A stretch of DNA of 64,000 nt from Lingula anatina. Lineage: Eukaryota > Animalia > Brachiopoda. A program made the translations under genes and the position numbers. This document shows, one piece after another, positions 1-11,544 of the stretch. The stretch covers positions 7,626,001-7,690,000 of the forward strand of contig CM120649.1 in NCBI GenBank assembly GCA_051362555.1, given 5' to 3'. A model generated the notes under the pieces. It ran no database searches. It saw only the letters and a program-made list of their open reading frames with translations, and was not told where the DNA came from. Numbering within the stretch: position 1 is the first letter of the stretch; the number at the start of each line of letters is the position of its first letter.

Positions 1-71
1 TTGGAGATAGATCGATCCTGTTACAGGCATGTATATGGGTGCCCGCATCATTATTGTCAAATCCCCCCACA

Positions 72-74
<3 letters not shown>

Positions 75-110
<36 letters not shown>
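75..110. repeat. (GT)n microsatellite
   Basis: Directly visible GT run. Confidence 0.9.
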
Positions 111-112
<2 letters not shown>

Positions 113-366
113 CCTTTAGTGGCAGTTTGATAGTTTACAGTACCAATACAAGTGTGCATTAACTTAAGATCTAGCATAACATACACAGACTTGCATTTGG
201 AAGAACTGGACTGTATCTAAGCAATCAGACTGTGATATTCACAAGCCTGGGTTGAACAGTGCTAGGGGTGTGTTGAGTCTCTCTTTCCCAGTTCTGTTAA
301 GATAATAATTTATTTCTAACCTTAATTTTCTTCTTCAACCAGCCCTAGCACTCGTACGAGACAAAG

Positions 367-3356
367 ATGGGTGTGGATTACGAGGAGCCATTTGAACCAA
401 CAGGCTGGTCCTGGATCACAGTTTTCTCCTCCCTGATGGTCCAGCTTATCACCTGTGGTCTATGCTACAGTGCTGGCATCTATCAGCTGACCTTTCTGGA
501 CGAGTTTGACCAAAGTCATTTCAGGACTTCTTGGATAGGCTCATTGCTGCTGGGATGCACTGCATTTGGAGGTGTGTACTGTACTGTCACACTTAACACA
601 TCATCACACCTAACACACTGTCATACCAAATACAGTGTCCAAGTATGCAAATGATCTCACCTTCATCAGTGTTACACCTATCATGTTGTTATACCTCACA
701 TAATTTCACATTTGATGCAGAAACATATCAGTTTTGCTTAGTTTTTATAATATATATTTTTAAAATTTTGTACACATATCATATTTTATTGTTGAGAAAA
801 AAGTACTGATTTCCTTCTCAATTTTAGGAATCATAGGAGTTTATGTCTCCAGAAACTTGAGCTGTCGTACATCAGTGATGGTTGGAGGATTTGTTTCTGC
901 TCTGGGATTTGGAATTTCTCGACTGATCTGGGCACACTGGTTATTGTACCTGAGTATTGGTGTGGTGGGAGGTAGGTACTGACATCTAATGGTAGGAAGA
1001 TCTCTTCAAGGATCTTTGTATCAAATATGTATAAAATATCTTTATCCGTGAAAGCAGCTTTAGTAAGATGACAGTATTTGCACATAATTTGAAAGAAAAG
1101 ATCTAAAGAAAGTTTTCATTAAATCCTGAGCAGGGCACCATTTTTAACTTGACATTCAATCTTGACTTTATCACAAAGTTTAAAAAGCTCTCTTTCTGTT
1201 CCAGGATTGGGTCTAGGTATGGCATTCTCCCCTTCCATTATGGCAGTGGAGCAGCATTTCCGCCACGCTGAGCGTAGTTTTGCGCTGGGTCTGGCAGTGT
1301 GGGGGATTGGTATGGGTATTGCAGTGTTCCCTCCCTGTCTGCATCTGCTCATAGAGCTCCTCCACTGGAAGGGGGCCATCCTCATCCTCTCAGGGATAGC
1401 ACTCAATATCATGCTTTGTGGAGTGCTGATGAGACCGCCCCCTGGTGGCAAGAAAAACTTTGTGCCTTTCCCGTTATTTCATGCTCCGTTGCTGGGCAAC
1501 TTCAACTTCCTGATCCTGATGCTGAGCAACCTGCTGTGGAGCTGCAGTGCGTCTATCATCTACACCTACCTACCACTGTTTGCCTGGGAACACCTGTCAG
1601 AGCACCTGTCTGGACCCCCTGCCGAGGAGACCCAATTAGAGGCAGCTCTGCTGGTCTCCATCATAGGAATCTCCCTGTTTGTGTGCAGGACTTTGTTCCG
1701 CCTGCTGCAGATCTCAGACATATTTGTCAACCTTCTTTGTAGTGTGGGGATCTCTCTCATCCTCACCTTTATCTGGCCACAGCTGTTTGAACACTACTCA
1801 GGCATGATAGCCTACTGTCTGTTGTTTGGCATCTTTGCAGGATTTTGGCCCACTTTTTCTGCTCACACAACTAAGGAACTGATTGGACGAGAGTATGCCT
1901 CCATGGGGAATGGCTGGCTGGCGCTGTCCATTGGTGTGGGGTGTATTGGTGGCGCTCCATTAGCTGGTTGGCTGTATGATGAGACCAACAATTTTGACTA
2001 TGTGTTTTACACAGCAGGTATGTAAACACATTGGAATGAATGTGTCATTTATTGTAGTAACATGTAACTGAATAGGGATTTCACTGTTCAAACAGGAATG
2101 CTGCAAACATTGAAAAGCTTATTTCCATGTTAATATAAAGTATGTTATGTAAAGTCTACATTTGAATTGTATTAGTTGGGACATTGCAATTGTGTTCTGT
2201 CACATCCTCAGGTGGTTGTATGCTGTGCTGCTCCTGCATTATGATTGGAGCTAAGCTGATTGGTTGTCAGATCACAGCGCCTCCTTATGGTTATGTTGGT
2301 GTAGATCGCAGGATGGTGTCGGGGTCAACATCACAGTCAACGTCGTATTCTTCTGTCAGCAGAGATCGTTCAGAGAAGGAGGAAAAGGACCCCAGGGTTT
2401 GTGTGTAAGTATGCTGTTACATGGGGAATTAGGATGTATATAAGCAAAAAAAAATGTGCATTAGCTTGGTATTTGAATACATATAAAAACTATTTGACAC
2501 AAGCTTTTTCCTCACCATATATTAGCTTATCCTACCAATCATTTTATCCTACATATCCTACCTACCCACAGAAGATACCAGAGGCAATCGACACCAGCTG
2601 TCACCAGCCACCCATGAATAGGGATAGGGAGGCTGAGAGGGGAGGGGGGGGGGGGAATAAAAAGTTTCAGTCTATCAGAAAGTTTCAATCTATGAACATT
2701 TACAGTAGGATTCTGGCAGATGGACCATCTAGCAGTCAATGAATAACAACATCTACTCACATCAGTTTGATGAAAGATGCATACAAAGTCAATTATTTGT
2801 CACAAAAACCAACCAAATGCCAGCATATAGTTTCAAGTAGTATAACTAAGAGAATTACCAAAAGGCATTGTTTAATTATACCCGAAAATGATGTTTGAAC
2901 AGATTTTTCTGCTGGCATTCTAAGCTGTATGTCAATGGGGAAGGAAAGTAGGTTAAATTTACAACCATAAATTTAAAGAAAGGAGCAGTCTGAAGGTCTT
3001 TTATGGCTGATCGAGTTATCTATTCAGTTAATCCCTTGGCATGTCGAATTTATTTGAGTCATATAAGAATCTAGTAGAAGTGGTTTACGTGTGTTACTGG
3101 GAATCCACACTCCACCGATGCTCGGTTCGTATGTACCTTGAAGGTTTACAATCAAGTGGGCCACAATTTAACATATGGTGAGGAAAAGTTTCCCAGCTTG
3201 TGTCAAATGGCTAATATTTGTTTGATGTGTATATATATTACTATAGGATATGTTTGCTTGTGCACAGTCATACATTCACACACACACTTTGTGTTCGACG
3301 TGCATTCCTCACAAAAACTTTTCTCTTTCAGGGAGCTGATGCTGACCAGTGTATAA
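367..3356 (+). CDS. SLC16/monocarboxylate transporter (MCT)-family MFS transporter, 5 coding exons, about 459 aa
   Basis: Exons 367-571, 828-971, 1205-2017, 2212-2404, 3332-3356, all GT-AG with matching phases (1380 nt total). N-terminal PTGWSW resembles the MCT [DE]GGWGW motif; also TSWIGS, GLGLGMAFSPSIMAVEQHF..RSFALGLAVWG, WKGAILILSG, GAPLAGWLYD. Terminal exon gives ...ELMLTSV*. An upstream acceptor at 341-342 implies a 5'UTR intron. Confidence 0.88.
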
Positions 3357-3420
3357 GGTGTTATCATAAAGTATAGAGCTCTGGTGTGTGCAACTGAGAT
3401 CTTGAACAGAGCTGAAACAA

Positions 3421-3690
3421 AACATTTGGAGCAGCTTTCAACATTACTGCTGACATTGGAGCAGTTTTCATCATTGCAGCTGACGTTGGAGCAGTTTTCA
3501 ACATTACAGCTGATATTGGAGCAGTTTTCAACTTTATAGTTGACATTGGAGAAGTTTTTGTCATTGCAACTGATATTGGTGCAGTTTTCATCATTGCAGC
3601 TGACGTTGGAGCAGTTTTCAACATTACAGCTGATATTGGAGCAGTTTTCAACATTACAGTTGACATAGGAGTTGCTTTCATCAGATAAAA
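3421..3690. repeat. 30-bp minisatellite, about 9 copies, with 120-bp higher-order period, in the inferred MCT 3'UTR
   Basis: Unit tgacattggagcagttttcaacattacagc at 3451, 3481, 3511 ... 3661; units 3451-3570 are echoed by 3571-3690. Confidence 0.9.
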
Positions 3691-6640
3691 CTGAAGCAAC
3701 TAGAAATCCAGAATTTCAAATCTAAGCCAATTAATTTTATGCCGTTTTCAGAGAATTCTTGTTGATCTTCATGTTAAGGTGTGTTCAAAGAACAGCCCTG
3801 GGTAATTGGAGCTGTATGTCACTACCCAGGCTCAGGGAAGTGGTGTCCTCTACCAAGATTAGAGGTATCCACCTGTTGAGGAAAATCACTATTTAACAAG
3901 GCACCACATTGTTATTAGATGAGAGGTGGTGGTATTTTATTTTTTAACTTTGTATAATTATCTGTCGGGTGCTAGAGTTTTGTGTGATTCCTGTCTTAAC
4001 CTTGGTTGGTGTGTCACATCTGACTCCTAAATTATGTGCTATAGATAAGCTGCAATGTCACAACCAACACAAAATGTTAGCAGTCACAACTAACACAATT
4101 TAGAATGGTGATTCAATATTAAACAGAAGAGCAGTATGTTGAAATTAGATCAGAATTACGGCAGACAGGTTATGGGCTCATAAATTGTGATAAACTTCAC
4201 ATGTGCATTTATATCTTATTCATCACTGTCATTATTTTTTAAAAAGTTGGATTTTATTGAAATTTTGTTTGAATTTTATGGAAAGTATACATTGAGAGGT
4301 TATTTACTGAAGTGTTAATACATTGAGGGATAAAAATGTATGTGGAAGTATGGCAAATAAGGCACTTCATGTTATAGCAGATAGGATTAAATAACAGTGG
4401 CAAGAACTTTGTTGTTCATGACATCCATATGCAGCAAAGAGAAATATCACATGATTGTAATAATATTATTATCTTTGCCTGAATATGTTTCTTTTATGGA
4501 AAGTGGAGTAAAGTGCCACTTTTGAATATTTTACAGTGCACATCCATGTTCTTGCTATGAATATTTCAGACTGTTTTGTGTCTTCATGGAGAGCAGCTCA
4601 TGTACACTACAAACTGTGCACTGTATACTATACACTATGCATATTTACCAGAATAGGGGATCTGGGTTTTGTTGCTGTTGTGAGACCCATTGTTTAAGTG
4701 TTCACATTGCAGTGTTATATCCAGTAGTCAATCCAGGCACAGTTCTGACTATAATGAAGTAAAAGCCTCTTACTTTTCTACAGTGCAATCAAGAAAAATG
4801 CAGGTCTTGCTGTCATGCCAAAGTATATCAGCCATCACTCCGCAGCCATTGTTTGAGCTATACTGTGGTGCAGATCTCCTTGCCAATCTGAAGCATCAAT
4901 ATTGTAGTCAAAGCAGCACAGTACTGCAGAAGAACTCATTCATGTTATATAAATAATGTTAATAGATAGTAATCAGGTTGGTTGATGGCCAAGTTGATGT
5001 TGTTTTTTCCCCATGATCATAGCATATATCTTATGTTAGTATGTATGCACATTAACAGACATAGAAGCTGTTATTTTGTCAGAGGTGCTTACAAGTTCTT
5101 GGAGGCCAAAACATGGATTGTGGGGAAAAATAACAGAATGGACACCTCTCATGCTGCACTAGTTAGAAGATGCATATTTTGTGGATATAATACATATTTC
5201 ATTTCTTGTCTTTTTGTTCTTCATTTTAGATTTTTAGCAATATTAATCTTTTTCATTAATTCTACTATATACATATTATACACCATACCTTGTAACGGGT
5301 TTCAGGAGCAGTTGAATTGTGTATTCGGCAGATATCGATGTCAATGCACTGATTGTTAAGTTTAGAAAGATATGGTATGCTCTGTTGTAAATATTCACGT
5401 AGTATCGTTATATAATGTTTTAATCTAGCAATTGGCAATGCAAGTTTGTTATGGTATTTGTACACTTCATTCCAAAGTTATCCTCAATGCACCCAACGTT
5501 GTGACACCTGTCACACCTAACACAATCACAGCTCTAGGCATTCTCAACAACATTGCACACATCACACCCAACACACTTCACTTTTGAGGTTATTCAGTAA
5601 ACTTAATGCTCTGACCTGAGCAGTTCACAACATGCCTTGTTGAATGTCACAGGACAATATTTTCTCATGGAATGAGCTGAAGTAATAACCTACATGTCAC
5701 TGTTTATACAATATTTGGAATCCATCTTTGTAACTAAAGGCAGTGTTCAGTTGAAGAGTAATAAACATTATAACAGTCTTACAGTGTTGGTGTTTTATCT
5801 AATTATAGATAAAGGTCACATCATGGAAGAAGTACTCTAAAAAAAAAATTAATAATGATAAAAATAACCAGACAGTTGAAAACTTGAAGTACCATCTCCA
5901 GTATGTATCAACTTTTCAAATGCTTACTTTTCAACAGAAGTTCCTTTCTGCAGAATAGTTTCGTCATTTCTGAAGACCTAAATTGAAACCAATTTTTAAA
6001 TGTCTGAGTACAACAATCTAAAGTTATTCCATTTTTGGTTTTCTGAAACAAGCTAGCATCTTGTAATATTTGCCTGTTTACTTTGTTTTATCAAGGATAC
6101 AATGGCAATATAACAGAAACTACTCAGTTTAGAACACTCAGAATTTTATTTCCTGATTTGTCTTATGCATATTTTAAAGAAAGATAAGGACAAGTTTAAT
6201 TAACTATTATATTACATTACTAGTATTACTGTGGCCTACTGAAAAAATACCCAAAATTGCATCCTCTTCACTAGTTATTCCTCCAGATGTGTGGCAAAAC
6301 ATGTTTTAAACCTTTTCTAAGTATTAAAATATAGAATGAGCTTCAATTAAACGATAATTATAATAATCCTATGTTTTAAACATTCTCTTATACACTGACC
6401 ACTGATTATGATATGATAACTTTCAGCTGAATATTTACAAGATGTTGTGAACAGATGGAATCAATAATGATCATCAAAGCAATAAGAGATCGTTATCTTT
6501 CATGACTATTTCTTTGAAATCAACCGGACGGGTTTCTTTTACATGGTTTTGTTTATAAATAATTGAAATTTTAGTTCATGGGAAGGGCAAAACTCTGTCC
6601 TCAGCCTCGTGCTTAGCTGGACCAAGTGAGCAAATTTCCC

Positions 6641-7016
6641 GTTTGACCACTGCCCAGTTTTGCTGTTTGACCATTGTCTAGTTTTCCTGTTTGACCACTG
6701 TCCAGTTTTGCTGTTTGACCATTGTCTAGTTTTCCTGTTTGACCACTGTCCAGTTTTGCTGTTTGACCATTGTCTAGTTTTCCTGTTTGACCACTGTCCA
6801 GTTTTGCTGTTTGACCATTGTCCAGTTTTGCTGTTTGACCACTGTCCAGTTTTCCTGTTTGACCATTGTCCAGTTTTGCTGTTTGACCATTGTCTAGTTT
6901 TCCTGTTTGACCATTGTCTAGTTTTCCTGTTTGACCACTGTCCAGTTTTCCTGTTTGACCATTGTCTAGTTTTCCTGTTTGACCACTATCAAGTTTTCCT
7001 GTTTGATCACTGCCAC
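6641..7016. repeat. 24-bp minisatellite (about 15.5 units) spanning the stop codon of zinc-finger paralog A
   Basis: Unit gtttgacca(c/t)tgtc(c/t)agtttt(c/g)ct at 6641, 6665, ... 6977; the minus strand reads VKQ(E/Q)N(W/*)T(V/M). Confidence 0.95.
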
Positions 7017-8606
7017 GTTGTCATGGGAACAGGTGCATACTTCCCACAATTCCTGCTTTATACCAACATCTCCACCATCCCCTTGCTTGTCACCTGTTAC
7101 TTTGCTTTGAAACTTCTCTTTTGTCTCTTTGCTACCAACTTCCTCAGATTCACTACTAAGGTGGCTCTTGGCACTTAGCTGGACAGTGGCACCTTCTCGG
7201 ATTTCATATTCACCCTGGTCCCCTGATGCAGCCTCAGGAGCAGAGCATTTATTAAGGCAGTCATCACTATCTGTCACTTGTTCAACACTGAGAGGGGGGG
7301 CATTTTGTTCCTGGTGTCTTTTCTCATGCCTTCTCTTACTGCTGTCAAAGGCAAATGATGCTTGGCAGAACTGGCATTTGTAACGTTTCTCTTCCAAATG
7401 ATTCTTTTCATGTTCTTTACAAGATCTTTTAAGGACAAATGCTTTTCCACAGATATGACATTTAAATGGCTTGTTTACAGTTTTTTGTTTACTTTTGAGC
7501 GACCTTGTACATGTAGTTTCCTTTTCGTGTTTCTTCTCGTGTCTGAATTTATTCTGTCTGAAGTTAAATACAGAGGGGCAATACTTACACTTGTACGGCC
7601 TCTCCTTCCCATGAGTCTTTTCATGTTCAACACAAGATCTTTTTTGGAAAAAAGCTCTGTCACAGTGTTGGCATTTGAACTCTTTCACACCTGAATGAAT
7701 TTTCTCATGCTCGACACAACCCCCTCTTTGTGTGAATGCCTTCTGACAAAACTGACACTTGTATGGTTTCTCCCCTGTGTGAATCCTTTCATGTCGAACC
7801 TTAGTATTCTTTTCAACAAAGCTCATGTCACAAAACTTGCACTTGAAGGGTTTCTCACCAGTGTGAGTCTTCTCATGTTCAGAACAAGTCCTTCTGTGAG
7901 CAAAAGATTTTTCACAATGCTTGCACCTGAATGGCCTCTCTCCTGTGTGAATCCTTTCATGCTGCAGACAAGTCTGTCGAGCAGTAAATGTTTTATCACA
8001 GTATTGACATTGGTATGGTTTCTCTCCTGTGTGAATTCTTTCATGGTGTAGGCAGTCTTGTTTACCAACAAATGTCCTGCCACAAAACTGACATGTGAAC
8101 TGTTTCTCACCACACGGCCTGCAAGACTTGTCACATTTCTGACATCTCCGAGATTTATATCCAGCGTGAATCTTTGATTGTGCTTTACTTTGTCTTGGTG
8201 TCATGGACGTTTTACTAGTACATGTATCACACCATTGCAGAGGGTGAGCTATCTCCCCATAGTGAATCTTTTCATGTTTTACATAACTTCTTTTTATGGT
8301 AAATGCCTTGTCACAATACTGGCATTTATATGGTTTTTCACCTGTGTGAGTTTTCATGTGTTCTGCTTGGTGTTCTTTACGACTATATCTTTTATCACAG
8401 TACTGGCATTTGAATGGTTTTTCTCCCATGTGAGTCTTTTCATGTCTCAAACAGTGGGCTTTTTGGGCAAATGTTTTATCACAGTGCTGGCATTTGAATG
8501 GTTTTTCTCCAGTGTGGATTCTTTCATGGGGTATACGGTGATGTTGGTACTTGAAAGCTTTGTTACAGTAGCGACAACTGAAGCTCTTCCTCATGGCTAC
8601 CTGCAT
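6966..8606 (-). CDS. C2H2 zinc-finger protein, paralog A (13 intact fingers, C-terminal IKQE/VKQE motifs)
   Basis: 546-aa single-exon ORF with CxxC-x12-HxxxH fingers and TGEKPF/Y linkers. A non-coding first exon is inferred from a donor at 8986/8985 (CAG|GTATG) and an acceptor at 8674/8673 (TTTCAG). Confidence 0.92.
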   Translation of the reverse strand: MQVAMRKSFSCRYCNKAFKYQHHRIPHERIHTGEKPFKCQHCDKTFAQKAHCLRHEKTHMGEKPFKCQYCDKRYSRKEHQAEHMKTHTGEKPYKCQYCDKAFTIKRSYVKHEKIHYGEIAHPLQWCDTCTSKTSMTPRQSKAQSKIHAGYKSRRCQKCDKSCRPCGEKQFTCQFCGRTFVGKQDCLHHERIHTGEKPYQCQYCDKTFTARQTCLQHERIHTGERPFRCKHCEKSFAHRRTCSEHEKTHTGEKPFKCKFCDMSFVEKNTKVRHERIHTGEKPYKCQFCQKAFTQRGGCVEHEKIHSGVKEFKCQHCDRAFFQKRSCVEHEKTHGKERPYKCKYCPSVFNFRQNKFRHEKKHEKETTCTRSLKSKQKTVNKPFKCHICGKAFVLKRSCKEHEKNHLEEKRYKCQFCQASFAFDSSKRRHEKRHQEQNAPPLSVEQVTDSDDCLNKCSAPEAASGDQGEYEIREGATVQLSAKSHLSSESEEVGSKETKEKFQSKVTGDKQGDGGDVGIKQELWEVCTCSHDNVAVIKQENLIVVKQEN

Positions 8607-9485
8607 ATGGCCAGAAACTGTTCTTATTTATGACTGACAAAACACATTCTGCATTCAATGAAGTAAGGTGCTTCTGAAATACAAATGAAAACATTTTGCC
8701 TTCACTGGTAGATTTACTTATTTATTTTATTAATCTATTATTTTTTATTTAAAAAATATATGATTTGGAATAATTATGTGTTACAATATTACTATTTAAT
8801 ATTAGAAGGCCTACGTTTTGGAATTTCTATACAGCAGCTGCAGCGGTAAGTGTACCTTATGCATGTAAGGCCGAAAACTGGGCAAGAAAACTGAGGCAAG
8901 AAAAAACGGTGATTGAAAAATGAATGACTTTGAAACGGACCGATCGAAGTGAACTTATGTGTCACTACAGTTTCATGAAACATACCTGTTTTTCCCGGCG
9001 TGTGAAAGCACTATGTTTCCATAATAGCGACAACGTTTATGGTAAAACTACCCTAAATCCCCAGTTTCGCGCAACAGTGTAAAAAAAGTAAAGTGCTAAC
9101 AATCGACACTGCATTAGTTCCGTCAGTGCCAGGACAAGCCGCATACCAACCTTAGGGCATTCAAAGCCTCTCGCTGTTTACCCGTGTCAATCGAGCAACG
9201 TTATATAGATAGCTGTAGAATGCCGAAAATATATGAATTTTAATTCTCACTAGTTAAATAAATGGCAAGTTTCAAGCAGAATAAAGCTTGCTTTCTGAAT
9301 ACAGTGTAGTTTTCCAAAATGTACTATTCTCCGTCTTAGATTTCCCCCAAGTTACAGCTGATATAATGAAGATGAAGAGTACGTTAGCCGAGCGTATTAA
9401 CACCCTATTTCAGTCAGATTGCAACTGGCTGAAAATTCACAGTAAGAGACGAACGCACCATGGGTCGTGTCAATCTCACATCTAT

Positions 9486-10480
9486 CAGGTCTACCCAACT
9501 ACCAGACTCGGCACCTACGGATCCAGAATAAACCGGTATATCAGACCACACTACCCGTTTTCAAGGTTTTTGTCAGATCGCATTACAGAGTATCATACCC
9601 CATCACAAACTTTGTAAGCCTACCTGTCATCTGGGTATCGCGCCTCGTTTTCGTCAAGTAGGAGTCGTATGAATACAACAACATGGTGACAGACGACTCC
9701 CTCAATCAGGGGGTGGAAACGCGCTACTTATATGATTAAGACGAGCCTAGCCGTCAGTACCGGTTATTGTTTTGTGACCTTGAGGAGCAATTAGGTTTGG
9801 TCGTTGCGGCACGCATGAACAGTAGTTGAACTACCACACCTGGGTCTTTTGTTTTTGACAACTGTTCACTCGTCATCGAGGCGCTTGTTCAAGACTACAG
9901 GCTGATATCTACTAGTACTACCAGTGGCTTCATTAGTAACGTTCCCACAATACTTAGTTTTCTGTCTGTGCGTACACACCCTGAAAAAGGCCAGCCTCGC
10001 TGACGAGAACAATGGACGTTTCTCACCCCTCTCTAGGATTACCCCTGCCCTCAATCTCGTCCATCCCGGTAGTCATGAAAATATTTAACCCCCGACAGAA
10101 TATGCTTTCACTATCAAAATTAGGTCTACTTTTCTAAATTAATATATATGTTTGCAAGTTCTTATTTACAAAACTTCATTGGCTATGTCCGAACCTTTTT
10201 ATGTTAAAAATTTTACGAAATTTTATGTTAAAAATTACTGTATTGTCAGATTTTAGCATAAACAGGGAAATTTGCAGCAGCGCATGAATCTAGATAAAAT
10301 GCACTACTTTCCAACCCAGCTTAGGATCATTGCTATCACATCGCGCACCAGGCAAAATCGGTGTGGTGGCTGATACTCTGTAATGCGATCTGACACACAC
10401 CTTGAAAACGGGTAGTGTGGTCTGATAAACCGGTTTATTCTGGATCCGTAGGTGCCGAGTCTGGTAGTTGGATAGGCCTG
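9486..10480. mobile_element. Non-autonomous DNA transposon with about 110-bp TIRs (CAGG(T/C)CTA.CCAACTACCAGACTCGGCACC...); longest member of a family present three times in the window
   Basis: 9486-9597 is the reverse complement of about 10370-10480; internal sequence is shared with the 60773-61058 copy. No intact TSD at this copy. Confidence 0.85.
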
Positions 10481-10710
10481 ATCAATGGAGTTCAGTAGGT
10501 GGCGAAACAGACACTGCCCTGTCATTTTCGGCTCTCAAAGCTCTGTAGTAAAAGACGAACTCGGCATGGGCCTTGTCGTTTTTGCATGTAAAGGGGCCTC
10601 TAAAAGACGCACGCGAAGGCTCCTATGGGCCATGGTAATTTGAAACTTTTCAACGAGTCCGCGTCACGAAGTAGCACAGTTTCTGGACATCTTATTCATT
10701 TACATCTTAG

Positions 10711-10885
10711 GGCGCATTCCCATAGATTTTAGATCCATCTATCCCCGTGGGAGTCTCATTAGATTACTGTCACATAATCCGGCTTAAATGTCTGTCCCGC
10801 CTACTACAAGCTGTAAGGGGGCAATTAACTTCCGTGCGCGGTTGGCTGACTGCAATTTAGCATGAACCCCCAGGGAGTTAGGGGG
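10711..10885. mobile_element. Tourist/PIF-Harbinger-like MITE, truncated on the right
   Basis: TTA|GGGCGCATTCCCATAGATTTTAGATC...; colinear with the copies at 29814-30038 and 37440-37683. Confidence 0.7.
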
Positions 10886-11544
10886 GTTGATGCCCTGCTT
10901 AAAGCAAACCTTGACACTTTAGAAGTTAAGATGCACAGAGCTATGCAAATTTTAAAGAAAGACAAGGACAAGTTTAATTAACGATAATATAATATAATAT
11001 AATATAATATAATATAATATAATATAATATAATTACTATGACCTACTGAAAAAATACCCCAAATTGCATCCTCTTCACTAGTTATCCTCCAGAAGTGTGA
11101 CAAAATACACGTTTTCAACCTGTTCTAAGTATTAAAATATAGAATGAGCTTGAATTAAACTATAATTATAATAATCTTATATTTTAAAACTTAACCACTT
11201 TATACCATATAAGCACTGATTATGATATGATAGCTTTCACCTCAATATAAATTTACAAGATGCTGTGAACAGATGGATCAATAATGATCATCAGAGCAAT
11301 AAGAGAAGATCATTCCATGGCTACTTCTTTGAAATGCATGATATGGATCTCTGTAACATGGTTTTAATTTGTTTATAAATAATTTAAGCACTGTTGGCAA
11401 CAAATTTCAGTTCATAGGCAGGGCAGAGCACTGTCCTCAGCTGTCCTAATCCTTTAATTGGTGAGACAAATATCCTGTTTCCCTGTTTGACTAATGTCTA
11501 GTTTCCTTTTTGACCACTGTCCAGTTTTCCTGTTTGACCATTGT

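Noticed and set aside
6641-7016. Regularly spaced short repeats resembling a CRISPR array (also 3421-3690, 54524-54814, 57015-57466)
   Set aside because: Head-to-tail units with no unique spacers, no cas genes, eukaryotic intron-containing context.
6660-7178. 172-aa plus-strand ORF (LFDHCLVF)n and other ORFs antisense to the two zinc-finger genes
   Set aside because: Shadow frames of the minisatellite and ZNF coding strand; no domain or splice support.
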